A stretch of DNA of 64,000 nucleotides, from NCBI GenBank assembly GCA_964428335.1, contig CAYRXW010000005.1, positions 79,481-143,480 on the forward strand. Direction: 5' to 3'. Source of the stretch: an uncultured Methanosarcinales archaeon. Lineage in GTDB: Archaea > Nanobdellota > Nanobdellia > Woesearchaeales > GW2011-AR15. The stretch's first letter is position 1. Every line of letters starts with the position of its first letter. The position numbers were made by a program, and so were the translations under genes. Shown one piece after another: positions 1 to 9,140 of the stretch. The notes under the pieces were generated by a model. The model ran no database searches and had not been told where the DNA came from. It saw only the letters and a program-made list of their open reading frames with translations.

Positions 1-289
1 TTTCCATAAACAGAAGCATGTGTATTATGAATGATGTGACCATGACTGCTGCAATCGAATTAAATAATGGCGCTGGAAAGCTGAAAGGCTTTTCCAATGA
101 ATAAAAAATTCCGGTTAGCATGAACATGAATGACATGATTATCAGGAACATCGCATTATCATTTATGAAATTAAGAACTAGGTAATATAGTGGCATATTG
201 ATGAATATCTTATTTAGTATGAAAAGCAAAATAAGGAATACTGCTAATGAAAGGAACCATTTCAGTATAATCAGAAGGAGTTTTTTCAT
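1..289 (-). CDS. Hypothetical membrane protein, runs off the window edge
   Basis: ATG at 289 (MKKLLLIILKWFLSLAVFLILLF...), open to the edge, several hydrophobic segments; not in the ORF track. Confidence 0.6.
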   Translation of the reverse strand, partial: MKKLLLIILKWFLSLAVFLILLFILNKIFINMPLYYLVLNFINDNAMFLIIMSFMFMLTGIFYSLEKPFSFPAPLFNSIAAVMVTSFIIHMLLFME

Positions 290-334
290 TGTATGAATAT
301 GTATGATTCCTCAGTTTAAGAATTTTTTGTGTTA

Positions 335-1123
335 TTATAGGCTTTCAATATATTTTATCTCTTCGCTGCTTAATTCAAAATCAAGTTCCAGATCCTCTTT
401 CATGTGCAATTCATCTGTAGTTCCTGTAAGTGGAAGTATATTCATGTGCCTTGCAAACCTAAAAATTATCTGTGCCTCTGTCTTCTTGTGTTTTTTTGCT
501 ATGTCTTTCACACTTTGTATGATATTTGGATTTGCTGTAAGTAAGGAAAATCCCTGATAGGTTATCTTATTTTTTATGCAGAACTCCCTAACTTCCTTAT
601 CCCAACCCATACTTGCGTAACATCTGTTCTGCACAAAGTTTGGTTTATATTTTGCTTTTTCATAAAATACTTTCAGCTGCTTTATGCTAACATTACTGAC
701 ACCTAAAGCAAGTATCTTCTTTTTCTCAAACAATGCTTCCATCGCCTTATACACCATCAGGTCATCATATGTGACTGCGTATGCTGTCTTTGGGCCATGG
801 AGAAGGTATGAATCAATATAATCTGTCTTTAAATGCAATAATGAGCTTTCAAATGACTGCAGTACTTGGGATGTGAAATCAGAATTCTTGTTATATGGAA
901 TCCTACTATCCTGGGAGCTTGCATAGGTGAATTTTGTCTGGATGAAAAGCTCGCTTCTTTTGATATTTGATTTCATTATTGCACTGCCTACACCTTCCTC
1001 GAAATAGTGCTTCCTCTGGTTGGCTGTATCTATTGATCTATATCCTAACTTGATGGCTTTAAGGACCAGAGATTCTGTATCCAGTTCTTTCCAGGCAGTG
1101 CCGTAGATTATCTGAGGTATCAT
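335..1123 (-). CDS. Aldo/keto reductase
   Basis: YGTAWK, GYRSIDTA, FIQTKF, DYIDSYLLHGP and LGVSN motifs. Confidence 0.92.
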   Translation of the reverse strand: MIPQIIYGTAWKELDTESLVLKAIKLGYRSIDTANQRKHYFEEGVGSAIMKSNIKRSELFIQTKFTYASSQDSRIPYNKNSDFTSQVLQSFESSLLHLKTDYIDSYLLHGPKTAYAVTYDDLMVYKAMEALFEKKKILALGVSNVSIKQLKVFYEKAKYKPNFVQNRCYASMGWDKEVREFCIKNKITYQGFSLLTANPNIIQSVKDIAKKHKKTEAQIIFRFARHMNILPLTGTTDELHMKEDLELDFELSSEEIKYIESL

Positions 1124-1171
1124 TGTTCCATTGAAATCATATCATTATTTTAAACATTAGGTTTTAATCAC

Positions 1172-1795
1172 TTATCTTTTCACCGATTCCTGCATCATGT
1201 AATGAATGGAAGTCAGTCTTGCTGCCATAGTTATCTGCTCCATATCAGGTATAGGAAATCTTATTCTCTCATATGCAGAGACCAGATTTTCAATGCTTTG
1301 CATGAGATAATTCTCCATATCCTTCTGCCTTGCTGCTGTGTCCATCATCGCCTTTGGCCATGACACCAATAAGGGTGTTATGTCTGACGCCTGGCATGAT
1401 ACAAATGGCATCGATAGTGTGACATATGTCAACCCGTCAATCGAAGCAGATGCTGCATATGGTGCCTGGAATGGTGAAAAGAAATCTTCATGCTGTGTGC
1501 TGCCGCTATATGCAAGGATGCTTATGATATGGCCTGGATCTTTTCCTATTTGCCTAATACCGTATATGATTGCTGAATTTTCTAATACTGCTTCGTATGC
1601 TGCTGATATATGGACTGCTTTTTTCTTGAGCCTCTTCAATCTTGATGGATTATAAGAAGACCTGGTATAATCAGAATGGTGCTGCAGGAAATCTAAGATA
1701 TAGATGCCAGGGATATCCCACCTGTTCCCTGATCTCTTTATGTCGCTGACACCGACATGCTCAAGGGCCTGAGGTATATCATTTATCATGAGCAT
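1172..1795 (-). CDS. Hypothetical protein
   Basis: 207-aa ORF with a TATA-like element (TTATAAAT) about 25 nt upstream; no motif recognised. Confidence 0.55.
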   Translation of the reverse strand: MLMINDIPQALEHVGVSDIKRSGNRWDIPGIYILDFLQHHSDYTRSSYNPSRLKRLKKKAVHISAAYEAVLENSAIIYGIRQIGKDPGHIISILAYSGSTQHEDFFSPFQAPYAASASIDGLTYVTLSMPFVSCQASDITPLLVSWPKAMMDTAARQKDMENYLMQSIENLVSAYERIRFPIPDMEQITMAARLTSIHYMMQESVKR

Positions 1796-1875
1796 ATGGC
1801 TGGAAGCACATCTGAGTATTTATAAGGATGCATAGGTAGGTTGCCATTGATGGAAGAAAGTTATTGATTCAGGTT

Positions 1876-2016
1876 GGCTATTGTTTCCTGCCTCATTTCT
1901 AAACTGGTCGAATTCGACTAGTTTAAAATTTATTATTTCAATTTTGCGAACACTGTCTGCCAGATCCTTCTTATTCTTTTATCCTGAAAAACAACCAATG
2001 CTTTGTGTTTATCCAT
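1876..2016 (-). pseudogene. Composite relic: Bro-N-like N-terminus (2016-1933) followed by a KilA-N-like fragment
   Basis: MDKHKALVVFQDKRIRRIW...* after an AAGAGG site, then in another frame NFKLVEFDQFRNEAGNNS, which overlaps a 26-bp near-perfect palindrome at 1900-1925. Confidence 0.5.
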
Positions 2017-2081
2017 TTTTAAGCCTCTTTTATCAATGAATCTATTTAATCTTATATGTGTTATCTTGGTTAACGGTCAAG

Positions 2082-2127
2082 TTTAAATATCTCACAGAAG
2101 GATGTCCAGTGGACTTTTTGTCCAGTG
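2082..2127 (-). promoter_or_regulatory. Tandem CA(C/G)TGGACA operator-like element plus TATA-like box, copy 1
   Basis: Minus strand CACTGGACAAAAAGTCCACTGGACAT followed by ATATTTAAA; 22/26 identical to 12618-12643. Confidence 0.4.
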
Positions 2128-2130
2128 ATT

Positions 2131-2826
2131 TCACAATCTGCCTGTAACTGCCAGCATGCTCACTATCTCATCTTTCAGATAGTCGATCTCATATTTTTCA
2201 TATCTTCCGTCCGGTGTCAGATGGACCAATATCTGTCCTGCAATCTTTTGGCCGTATTCTATTTCCATGATATACCTGTATAAACTTAACTGCAGGGAAT
2301 ATTTTGAAAAATTGCAGTCCTGGAGATGTGAAATAGGCTCACTGCATCTCCTGTCCCTAAAGCCTGTCATATCAATGCTCCTATTTGTCTTCCAGTCTAT
2401 GAGAAATATCCCTTTATCTGTCTTTGAGAGCGCATCAATCTGCCCTCCGATACAATATATAGGACTACCGATGACCTTTTCAGCCTCGATGAAATCATGC
2501 TCCTCATCCCTCATGAAATCATTCACTGCATTGAAATATGTCCTTTCAGTTTTGGTTGAAGGTATTGGTGATTTAGTCTTTCTAATTAAGGATTCTGCAT
2601 AGCTGTGGACTAATTTACCGAATTCTCTGGATGCTATGCTTTTCTTCTCCCACATGTCCAGGACCTGTTTTACTGTGAGACCGTCTCTTAATGCTATATG
2701 GTTGCTCCACCTTTCTGTATCGAATTTCTCGAAGAATTCTGAGATGAATTGTGTCGAGGATTGAAGTTCTTTTCCTGATTCATCATGGATGTATTTATGG
2801 CCGTCTTGGATGAATGTGATTGACAT
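2131..2826 (-). CDS. PD-(D/E)xK (RecB-like) exonuclease, phage-type
   Basis: GKLVHSYAE, EAEK, GQIDAL, IDWKT and YSLQLSLY (QxxxY) motifs. Confidence 0.85.
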   Translation of the reverse strand: MSITFIQDGHKYIHDESGKELQSSTQFISEFFEKFDTERWSNHIALRDGLTVKQVLDMWEKKSIASREFGKLVHSYAESLIRKTKSPIPSTKTERTYFNAVNDFMRDEEHDFIEAEKVIGSPIYCIGGQIDALSKTDKGIFLIDWKTNRSIDMTGFRDRRCSEPISHLQDCNFSKYSLQLSLYRYIMEIEYGQKIAGQILVHLTPDGRYEKYEIDYLKDEIVSMLAVTGRL

Positions 2827-2906
2827 AGGAGGATGAAATAAAATGTGGGATTATATGTGTATTGGAGGATTAATTTTTTAGTAATCCTCAGTAGTAAAAC
2901 GATATC

Positions 2907-2915
2907 TTTTTATAT
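2907..2915 (+). promoter_or_regulatory. TATA-like box upstream of the putative ncRNA
   Basis: TTTTTATAT about 22-27 nt before the 5' end of the 2936-3005 stem; no + strand ORF follows. Confidence 0.45.
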
Positions 2916-2935
2916 CTCTTAATCCTACAAAGATT

Positions 2936-3005
2936 TAGCGGGTAAAACCTGTTGGTCAAGTGTACCTTGAGGTGCACGCCAAAACAGTATCAACAGGTGC
3001 TGCTA
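2936..3005 (+). ncRNA. Putative DUF3800-associated structured RNA (about 70 nt)
   Basis: Nested stems TAGCGG/CTGCTA, ACCTGTTGGT/ATCAACAGGT and GTGTACC-TTGA-GGTGCAC; GC-richer than its flanks; abuts the DUF3800 stop codon. Confidence 0.6.
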
Positions 3006-3620
3006 CTTTCTATCCCACATATGAGCAATGTTAACTTTTTTTTCAATCAATTTGAAATAATGTTCCTTTTCATGTTCAAATTTTTGAAAAACTGCATATG
3101 AAACTACATCTGCAATCTGTAGACCTACCCAAGACTGAGACCAACTATGGTGAACTTCAATTTCTCTATTCCATTTTAATTCTTTAAATTTAATTTCAAG
3201 ATAATTGTTAAAATCATCAATCAAACTTTGTTTTCCTTTTGATCTGTCAATTCTGATAATTAATTTTTTAGAATCAATTGCAATATTAGAAAGGTGACCT
3301 GTCACAAAATTGTATAACTTATGTTTATCTTCTTTTAGATATTTGCTATATACTTTATTTTTTTCTAATATTACACTTTGCGCGTGCGCTGAAGTCTCTG
3401 CAAATTTTTTTAGTATGTGCTCAATGAGTTCTGGACTAGACTTATTTGATTTTATTTCCTGAACACCTTTAAGCAGTTTTTCAAACTTATATCTTCGCAT
3501 ATTTTTAATTAATCTATCAAATTCATGAGGTTTATCTATCCAAATTGCTGTACTTACAAAAAACTTTGAACCGTGCTCTCCAAGGTCTCCAGTTTCATCA
3601 ATAAAGACATACCTTTCCAT
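3003..3620 (-). CDS. DUF3800 domain protein (predicted RNase H-like fold)
   Basis: N-terminal FIDETGDLG, EIK, and C-terminal GLQIADVVSY (QxxD). Confidence 0.88.
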   Translation of the reverse strand: MERYVFIDETGDLGEHGSKFFVSTAIWIDKPHEFDRLIKNMRRYKFEKLLKGVQEIKSNKSSPELIEHILKKFAETSAHAQSVILEKNKVYSKYLKEDKHKLYNFVTGHLSNIAIDSKKLIIRIDRSKGKQSLIDDFNNYLEIKFKELKWNREIEVHHSWSQSWVGLQIADVVSYAVFQKFEHEKEHYFKLIEKKVNIAHMWDRK

Positions 3621-3757
3621 CGTGAAAGAAATAGGTAAATTGTTTATATAGTTTGTTGGCTAGAAGCCTTACTAAAATATTGAATTTCACTATACTACTC
3701 CTTTTCTAGATTTTTTAGTAGTGAGTAGATGAGGAGAATTCTAGTTTAGAAAATCTT

Positions 3758-6700
3758 TTATTTTGAGATATCATAGAATCTTTCAAAGAATCTAGTGAAT
3801 TTTTCAATAATAGTTTCACGCTTTTTTGTGCGTTCTCCTGTTTTAGAAAAACGAGATACTGGTGGTAAAACTTTAGTTATTGCTGTTCCTGTTGTCGGAA
3901 TACTTCCATCTCTAAAGGCATTCTCTATAAAACTATATGCTTCATCACGATTAAGGTTTTCCTCGTCAATTATTCTCTCAAATTCTTCGATTTTCTTTTT
4001 TTCTACAAACTTCTGCCAATCTTCATCTATTATTGTTTTTTTATTAAGAGATTCTATAAATTGATGAATGAGATCTCTTTTATTTCGTAATTCTATACTT
4101 GAATCTATTGCTTTGTTAATATCAATTAAGATTTCCTTATCTTTTGTGTGTTCTTCATGATATTTTTTAATTAATTTTAAAATATAATCAATATTGATTT
4201 CTATTTGTTTGATAAGTTCCATTTCAAACACAATATCCTCATTAACATTTTCTTTTTCTGTGTCTTTGTTTTTTCTAAATTCATTATAGAGGTCTATGTA
4301 TAAACTATGATAATCTTGAACATCTCGTTCAGTTAATATCTCATTACCTTCAAATTCATCAAAAGTTGTAAGAATATTGCGAATTCTTAATATGCCACCA
4401 TAAAGCTTAATAAAATCCTTCTGATTTTTTTCTCCAAGTATTCTTTCTCCTATCGGAAAGTTATCCTGTAGTTCTTCGACTAAACTTTTATATCCTCTTA
4501 TTGTTTTTCCATCTTTTTTATATCCGTTGTAATATTCTTTGTAAGTTTTAAGTAAAACGATTCCGCTTGCTTCTTTATCTCCAAAAAGTGAAATAGATTC
4601 GTTGGTTGCTTTTTCTAAATTTCTAAAACAAACTATGTTACCAAAGGTTTTTATGCTGTTTAAAATACGGTTAGTTCTTGAATATGCTTGAAGTAGACCA
4701 TGCAGTTTTAAATTTTTATCTACCCAAAGTGTATTTAGTGTAGTGGCATCAAATCCAGTTAAAAACATATTTACAACTATTAAAATATCTATTTCCCGAT
4801 TTTTTACACGTTCGCTAACATCTTTATAATAATTTTGAAATTTGTCTGAGGAAGTGTCGTATGATGTACCAAACATATTATTGTAATCCTTAATAGCATT
4901 TTCTAGAAAATCTCTTGAATTTTCATCAAGTTTGCTAGTGTCTTCAGGATTTTCATCAGTAACTCCATCTTCTTCTTCATTTACACCAAAACTATAGATT
5001 AGGGCAATTTTTAATCTTTGTATTTCGGGCAATGATTTTTGTTGCTCTTCAAATTTAGAATAATACTTTTTTGCCATATCTATTGATTGAACAGCAAAAA
5101 TAGAGTTAAATCCAGATAAACGAATCTTTTCCTTTATTATAGCAACTTTTTTTCTATCTTTTGCAGTCACAAGCTCTTGAATGTTTTTTGTAACCTGATG
5201 AATATATGACTTATCATTTCTTTTGGTTTTTTGATTGAAGTGATCAATAATGTAATTTACAACATTATTTAATCTTTTAGGGGCAGACAAAATACCTTCT
5301 CTATCTATATCTTTAACTTTTTTATCTTCAATATTCTCTGCTTCCCTTAATGTAGAAATATAATCAACCTTGAAGGGTAATACATTTTTATCAGCAATCG
5401 CATCCACAATTGTATAAGTATGCAATTTATCGCCAAATGCTTGTTCTGTTGTTTTTAAGTCTACTCTTCCACCTGAGGATGAATTAACAGCAAAAATAGG
5501 TGTTCCTGTAAATCCAAAAAGGTGATATTTATTAAATGCTTTTGTGATAGAATTATGCATATCTCCAAATTGTGAACGATGACATTCATCAAAAATTAGA
5601 ACAATATGTCCCTCAAAGATTTTATGCCCCTTATTTTTTGCTATAAATCTATCAAGTTTTTGAATCGTAGTTATTATAATTCGAGCATTTGGATCTTCAA
5701 GCTGCCTTTTTAAAATTGAAGTGCTAGTATTGCTGTTTGCAGCACCTTTCTCAAATTTATCATATTCTTTCATTGTTTGATAGTCCAAATCTTTTCTATC
5801 AACAATAAATAAAACTTTATCAATAAACTGAAGCTTGCTTGTTAATTGTGCAGTTTTAAAACTAGTTAATGTTTTTCCTGAACCAGTAGTATGCCAAATA
5901 TAGCCTCCTGCTTTAATAGTTCCAAATTGTTTATAATTAGTGCTTACTTCAATTTTGTTTAATATTTTTTCAGTTGCAACAATTTGATAAGGTCGCATTA
6001 CTAAAAGCTGTTTATCTGTTGTAAATACACAGTATTTAGTAATTATGTTTAATAGAGAATGTTTTGCAAAGAAAGTCTTTGAAAAATCAATTAAATCTAT
6101 TATTGGGCGATTAGCATGATCTGCCCACCAACTAGTAAATTCAAAACTATTGCTTGATTTTTTACCCTTTTTTTGTATCCCTTTTGACTCTTTAATGTGT
6201 TCAAAACGAGTTGTATTACTATAATATTTTGTATGTGTTCCGTTAGAAATAACAAAAATTTGGATGTACTCATATAGACCGCATGATGCCCAAAAACTTT
6301 CTTTTTGATATCGATTTATTTGATTAAATGCTTCTTGAATTGCTACGCCCCTTCTTTTAAGCTCAATATGAACTAATGGCAATCCATTTACTAAAATTGT
6401 TACATCATAACGGTTTTTGTATTTTCCATCTTCAGTTTCATATTGGTTAATTACTTGCAGAGAATTGCTATGAATATTATCCTTTTTTATAAGATAAATA
6501 TTTTTACTTGTTCCATTATCACACTTTAAAATTTTGATATAATCTTCCTGTATTGTTGCAGTTTTTTCTGCTATGCTTTGATTTGGATTTGCTAACTCTT
6601 TTTTGAAGAAATAATTCCATTCTTTCTCACTAAATGTATAATTGTTTAATTTTTCTAATTGTTTTCTTAGATTTAATATTAATTCTTCTTCACTTTTTAG

Positions 6701-6868
6701 TTCAACATATTCATAGGCTTGTGTTTGCAATTGTTTTATGAAAGCTTTTTCTAAGTCTGCTTCACTTTGATAGCTTTCTGCTCGTTTTCCGTAAGGTGGA
6801 TTATATTCAGCTACAACGGTACTTTCAGTATTTTGTGCTACCAGATTGTAAGTCTTGTTATCCGGCAT
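3758..6868 (-). CDS. hsdR: Type I restriction enzyme R subunit (EcoR124I-like)
   Basis: RYDVTILVNGLPLVHIELK nuclease motif, WHTTGSGKT, DECHRSQFG, FTGTP, MFLTGFD, QAYSRTNR. Confidence 0.97.
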   Translation of the reverse strand: MPDNKTYNLVAQNTESTVVAEYNPPYGKRAESYQSEADLEKAFIKQLQTQAYEYVELKSEEELILNLRKQLEKLNNYTFSEKEWNYFFKKELANPNQSIAEKTATIQEDYIKILKCDNGTSKNIYLIKKDNIHSNSLQVINQYETEDGKYKNRYDVTILVNGLPLVHIELKRRGVAIQEAFNQINRYQKESFWASCGLYEYIQIFVISNGTHTKYYSNTTRFEHIKESKGIQKKGKKSSNSFEFTSWWADHANRPIIDLIDFSKTFFAKHSLLNIITKYCVFTTDKQLLVMRPYQIVATEKILNKIEVSTNYKQFGTIKAGGYIWHTTGSGKTLTSFKTAQLTSKLQFIDKVLFIVDRKDLDYQTMKEYDKFEKGAANSNTSTSILKRQLEDPNARIIITTIQKLDRFIAKNKGHKIFEGHIVLIFDECHRSQFGDMHNSITKAFNKYHLFGFTGTPIFAVNSSSGGRVDLKTTEQAFGDKLHTYTIVDAIADKNVLPFKVDYISTLREAENIEDKKVKDIDREGILSAPKRLNNVVNYIIDHFNQKTKRNDKSYIHQVTKNIQELVTAKDRKKVAIIKEKIRLSGFNSIFAVQSIDMAKKYYSKFEEQQKSLPEIQRLKIALIYSFGVNEEEDGVTDENPEDTSKLDENSRDFLENAIKDYNNMFGTSYDTSSDKFQNYYKDVSERVKNREIDILIVVNMFLTGFDATTLNTLWVDKNLKLHGLLQAYSRTNRILNSIKTFGNIVCFRNLEKATNESISLFGDKEASGIVLLKTYKEYYNGYKKDGKTIRGYKSLVEELQDNFPIGERILGEKNQKDFIKLYGGILRIRNILTTFDEFEGNEILTERDVQDYHSLYIDLYNEFRKNKDTEKENVNEDIVFEMELIKQIEINIDYILKLIKKYHEEHTKDKEILIDINKAIDSSIELRNKRDLIHQFIESLNKKTIIDEDWQKFVEKKKIEEFERIIDEENLNRDEAYSFIENAFRDGSIPTTGTAITKVLPPVSRFSKTGERTKKRETIIEKFTRFFERFYDISK

Positions 6869-7955
6869 TTTGTTCTACCTTCCATTTAAATTCTTTAATG
6901 AATTTATTGAATGCTTCTTGAAATAAAAATTTTTCATCATTAGATAATTCTTTGTATTCTAATTCAGATAACCTACTATGACTATTTAATTGTAAAAGTT
7001 TTACACATTCTGGTTTATTATCTCCTACTATGCATTCACTCCAATCATCATATCCTAAAAAATTAGCTGTCTTTTCTAATAAACTTCTAAAAAGATTAAA
7101 ATGATATTTTTTAATATTATTAGTATTAATAGCATTTTGAATCTCATCTTTTACCACAAAATGATAACCAAACGGAGAATCACCCTGATGTTCAAGTTTT
7201 AATTTTGTACCATCTTTTGATAAAATGTATCTATATTCTTTATTTTTCTTGAAAGAATTAAATAAAACATTATAAAATAAGGCATGATGAGTTGTTATAA
7301 GAAATTTCAATTTGTTGTTGTTAGATCCTTTTATTAGTTCAATTAAATCTAAAGCCATTGTAATGAGTCTATTGTCATCTATAGATGAAACAGGATCATC
7401 GATAATAACATATTCTAATTCATTAAATATCTTGGTTGATCTATTATCTACTTCACTAATATTCAATTCTTCAATAGCCGTTTTCAAAATAGTATAAAAA
7501 ACAGACCAAATAAGTACACTTTCTTCGCCTCTAGAAATTTTTATATTATCAGTACTACCCTTATCTTCTGTAGGTATATTAAATGTTAATTTTCCATTAA
7601 TTAAGTCAAAAGATGGTTCTATTTTGGTATTAAGAATTTTTTTAAAATTATCTATGATTTTTTTATCCATTCCCTCATCTTTAATTATTTTCGCTTCCCA
7701 AGAATTTGAATTAAACTCAAGAATGAATTCATCGTTATCCCATTTAAATAAATCTTCTAAAAGAGCATTAAAACATAATACCTTAATATTAGTTGATTCA
7801 TTTTCGTCATCTAATTTAATGAATTCATTAGATACTCTTGTTTTTCCTGTAGAATTGAAAGCATACATTATTGCAATTTGTTTCTTATTTGTGTGTGAAT
7901 CAAGGTTATTTTTTATTTCTACAGCAACTTCTTCAATTGAATCAAATTCAGCCAT
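6858..7955 (-). CDS. prrC: PrrC-like anticodon nuclease (ABC NTPase + HEPN)
   Basis: YAFNSTGKT, ISRGEES, IDDPVSSID, ITTHH, FNLFRSLLEKTANFLGY; sits between hsdS and hsdR as in the E. coli prr locus. Confidence 0.85.
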   Translation of the reverse strand: MAEFDSIEEVAVEIKNNLDSHTNKKQIAIMYAFNSTGKTRVSNEFIKLDDENESTNIKVLCFNALLEDLFKWDNDEFILEFNSNSWEAKIIKDEGMDKKIIDNFKKILNTKIEPSFDLINGKLTFNIPTEDKGSTDNIKISRGEESVLIWSVFYTILKTAIEELNISEVDNRSTKIFNELEYVIIDDPVSSIDDNRLITMALDLIELIKGSNNNKLKFLITTHHALFYNVLFNSFKKNKEYRYILSKDGTKLKLEHQGDSPFGYHFVVKDEIQNAINTNNIKKYHFNLFRSLLEKTANFLGYDDWSECIVGDNKPECVKLLQLNSHSRLSELEYKELSNDEKFLFQEAFNKFIKEFKWKVEQNAG

Positions 7956-9138
7956 TTGCTTTGACCTCTTTAAAAGTTAAGAGTTTTTCTCTATAATACT
8001 CATATTGTTTTCTTCTTGCTTCTAATTCTGCTGGAAGACCAATAGAGATATCATTAACAAGAGCATCGAATTTATCAAGGAGTTTAACTATTCGTTCTTG
8101 TTCTTTAAGTGAAGGAAGTGGGATTCTTGCTTTTTCTAATCCATTAGAATTAATTGATGATATCTTTCCAGAAGAAATAAAGCTTTTTATTTGAGAATGA
8201 AATTTTTTTGTTCTTAAAAAATATGAAATGTATTTTGGGTTTATTTTGTGTGAAAATATATAGCAAGCGTCATGAATAACAATATCTGCATCACCTAGCC
8301 AAGCAACACCTAAACCTATATCCTCAATTGTTTCACCAGCTGCAACAATAATAACGTCTCCTGGATGTGCAACTCTTAATTTTTTTGCTAACTCAGGTTT
8401 TAGAAATGATTTTGACTTTTCAGCCCAAATATTATAATGAGTATACATTTCACCATAATGTATACATGGAACTCCCTCAGTCACAATATCATCTTTAACA
8501 AATCTTCTACCCCTAAGAAAACTACCAATTTCTCCGAGTGACTTATTTTCAATATTTTCAACATTAAACATTTCTTCACGATAATATTCATACTGTTTCT
8601 TTCTTGCTTCCAGCTCCGCTTCCAGCTCCGCTTCCAGCTCCGCTTCCAGCTCCGTAAAATTATCAAATATTTTAATTATTTCTTCTTGGACTGGGAGAGG
8701 TGGGAGAGGAATTTGAAACTTTTCTATCATTGGTTTTCTAATTGATTTTACAGTTGCATTTACAGATTTTTTTAAGATATAAGGTAAGAAATTATCATAT
8801 AAAAAATAATAGGCGAACTTTGTTAGTATCTTTTTGTTAGTAAAATGAATACGATATGCTCTTTGATGCAAAGCGTATTTTCCATTCACATAATGAAAGA
8901 TTTCACCAACTCCACCTTCACCAGGAATTAATATAGCTTCTTCATCAAATTCATAAGTATTTATTAACTTAACAAACTTTGAACGAACAAACAAGGGATA
9001 CTTACCATTTTCAACTGCTTCATTCCCATTGCTACTCCCAGTACCAACTTCAGCAACTGCCCTCAATTCTTTAAACTCAACACCCTCTGGACAAAGTTCA
9101 TTAATTAATCTATCAAGCTTATTGGAATTCCTAACCAT
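7948..9138 (-). CDS. hsdS: Type I R-M specificity subunit (type IC)
   Basis: ELCPEGVEFKEL N-terminus, two TRDs, IPLPPLPVQEEI and ELEARKKQYEYYR conserved helices. Confidence 0.95.
   Translation of the reverse strand: MVRNSNKLDRLINELCPEGVEFKELRAVAEVGTGSSNGNEAVENGKYPLFVRSKFVKLINTYEFDEEAILIPGEGGVGEIFHYVNGKYALHQRAYRIHFTNKKILTKFAYYFLYDNFLPYILKKSVNATVKSIRKPMIEKFQIPLPPLPVQEEIIKIFDNFTELEAELEAELEAELEARKKQYEYYREEMFNVENIENKSLGEIGSFLRGRRFVKDDIVTEGVPCIHYGEMYTHYNIWAEKSKSFLKPELAKKLRVAHPGDVIIVAAGETIEDIGLGVAWLGDADIVIHDACYIFSHKINPKYISYFLRTKKFHSQIKSFISSGKISSINSNGLEKARIPLPSLKEQERIVKLLDKFDALVNDISIGLPAELEARRKQYEYYREKLLTFKEVKANG
8606..8653. repeat. Four perfect copies of 12-bp GCTTCCAGCTCC encoding the (ELEA)4 HsdS linker
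   Basis: Units at 8606, 8618, 8630 and 8642. Confidence 0.97.
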
Positions 9139-9140
9139 CT

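Noticed and set aside
2131..2826. Cas4 / CRISPR adaptation gene
   Set aside because: Lacks the four-Cys Fe-S motif; no cas1/cas2 or array nearby
8481..8666. ORF with SWKR repeats
   Set aside because: Alternate-frame reading of the hsdS 12-bp repeat
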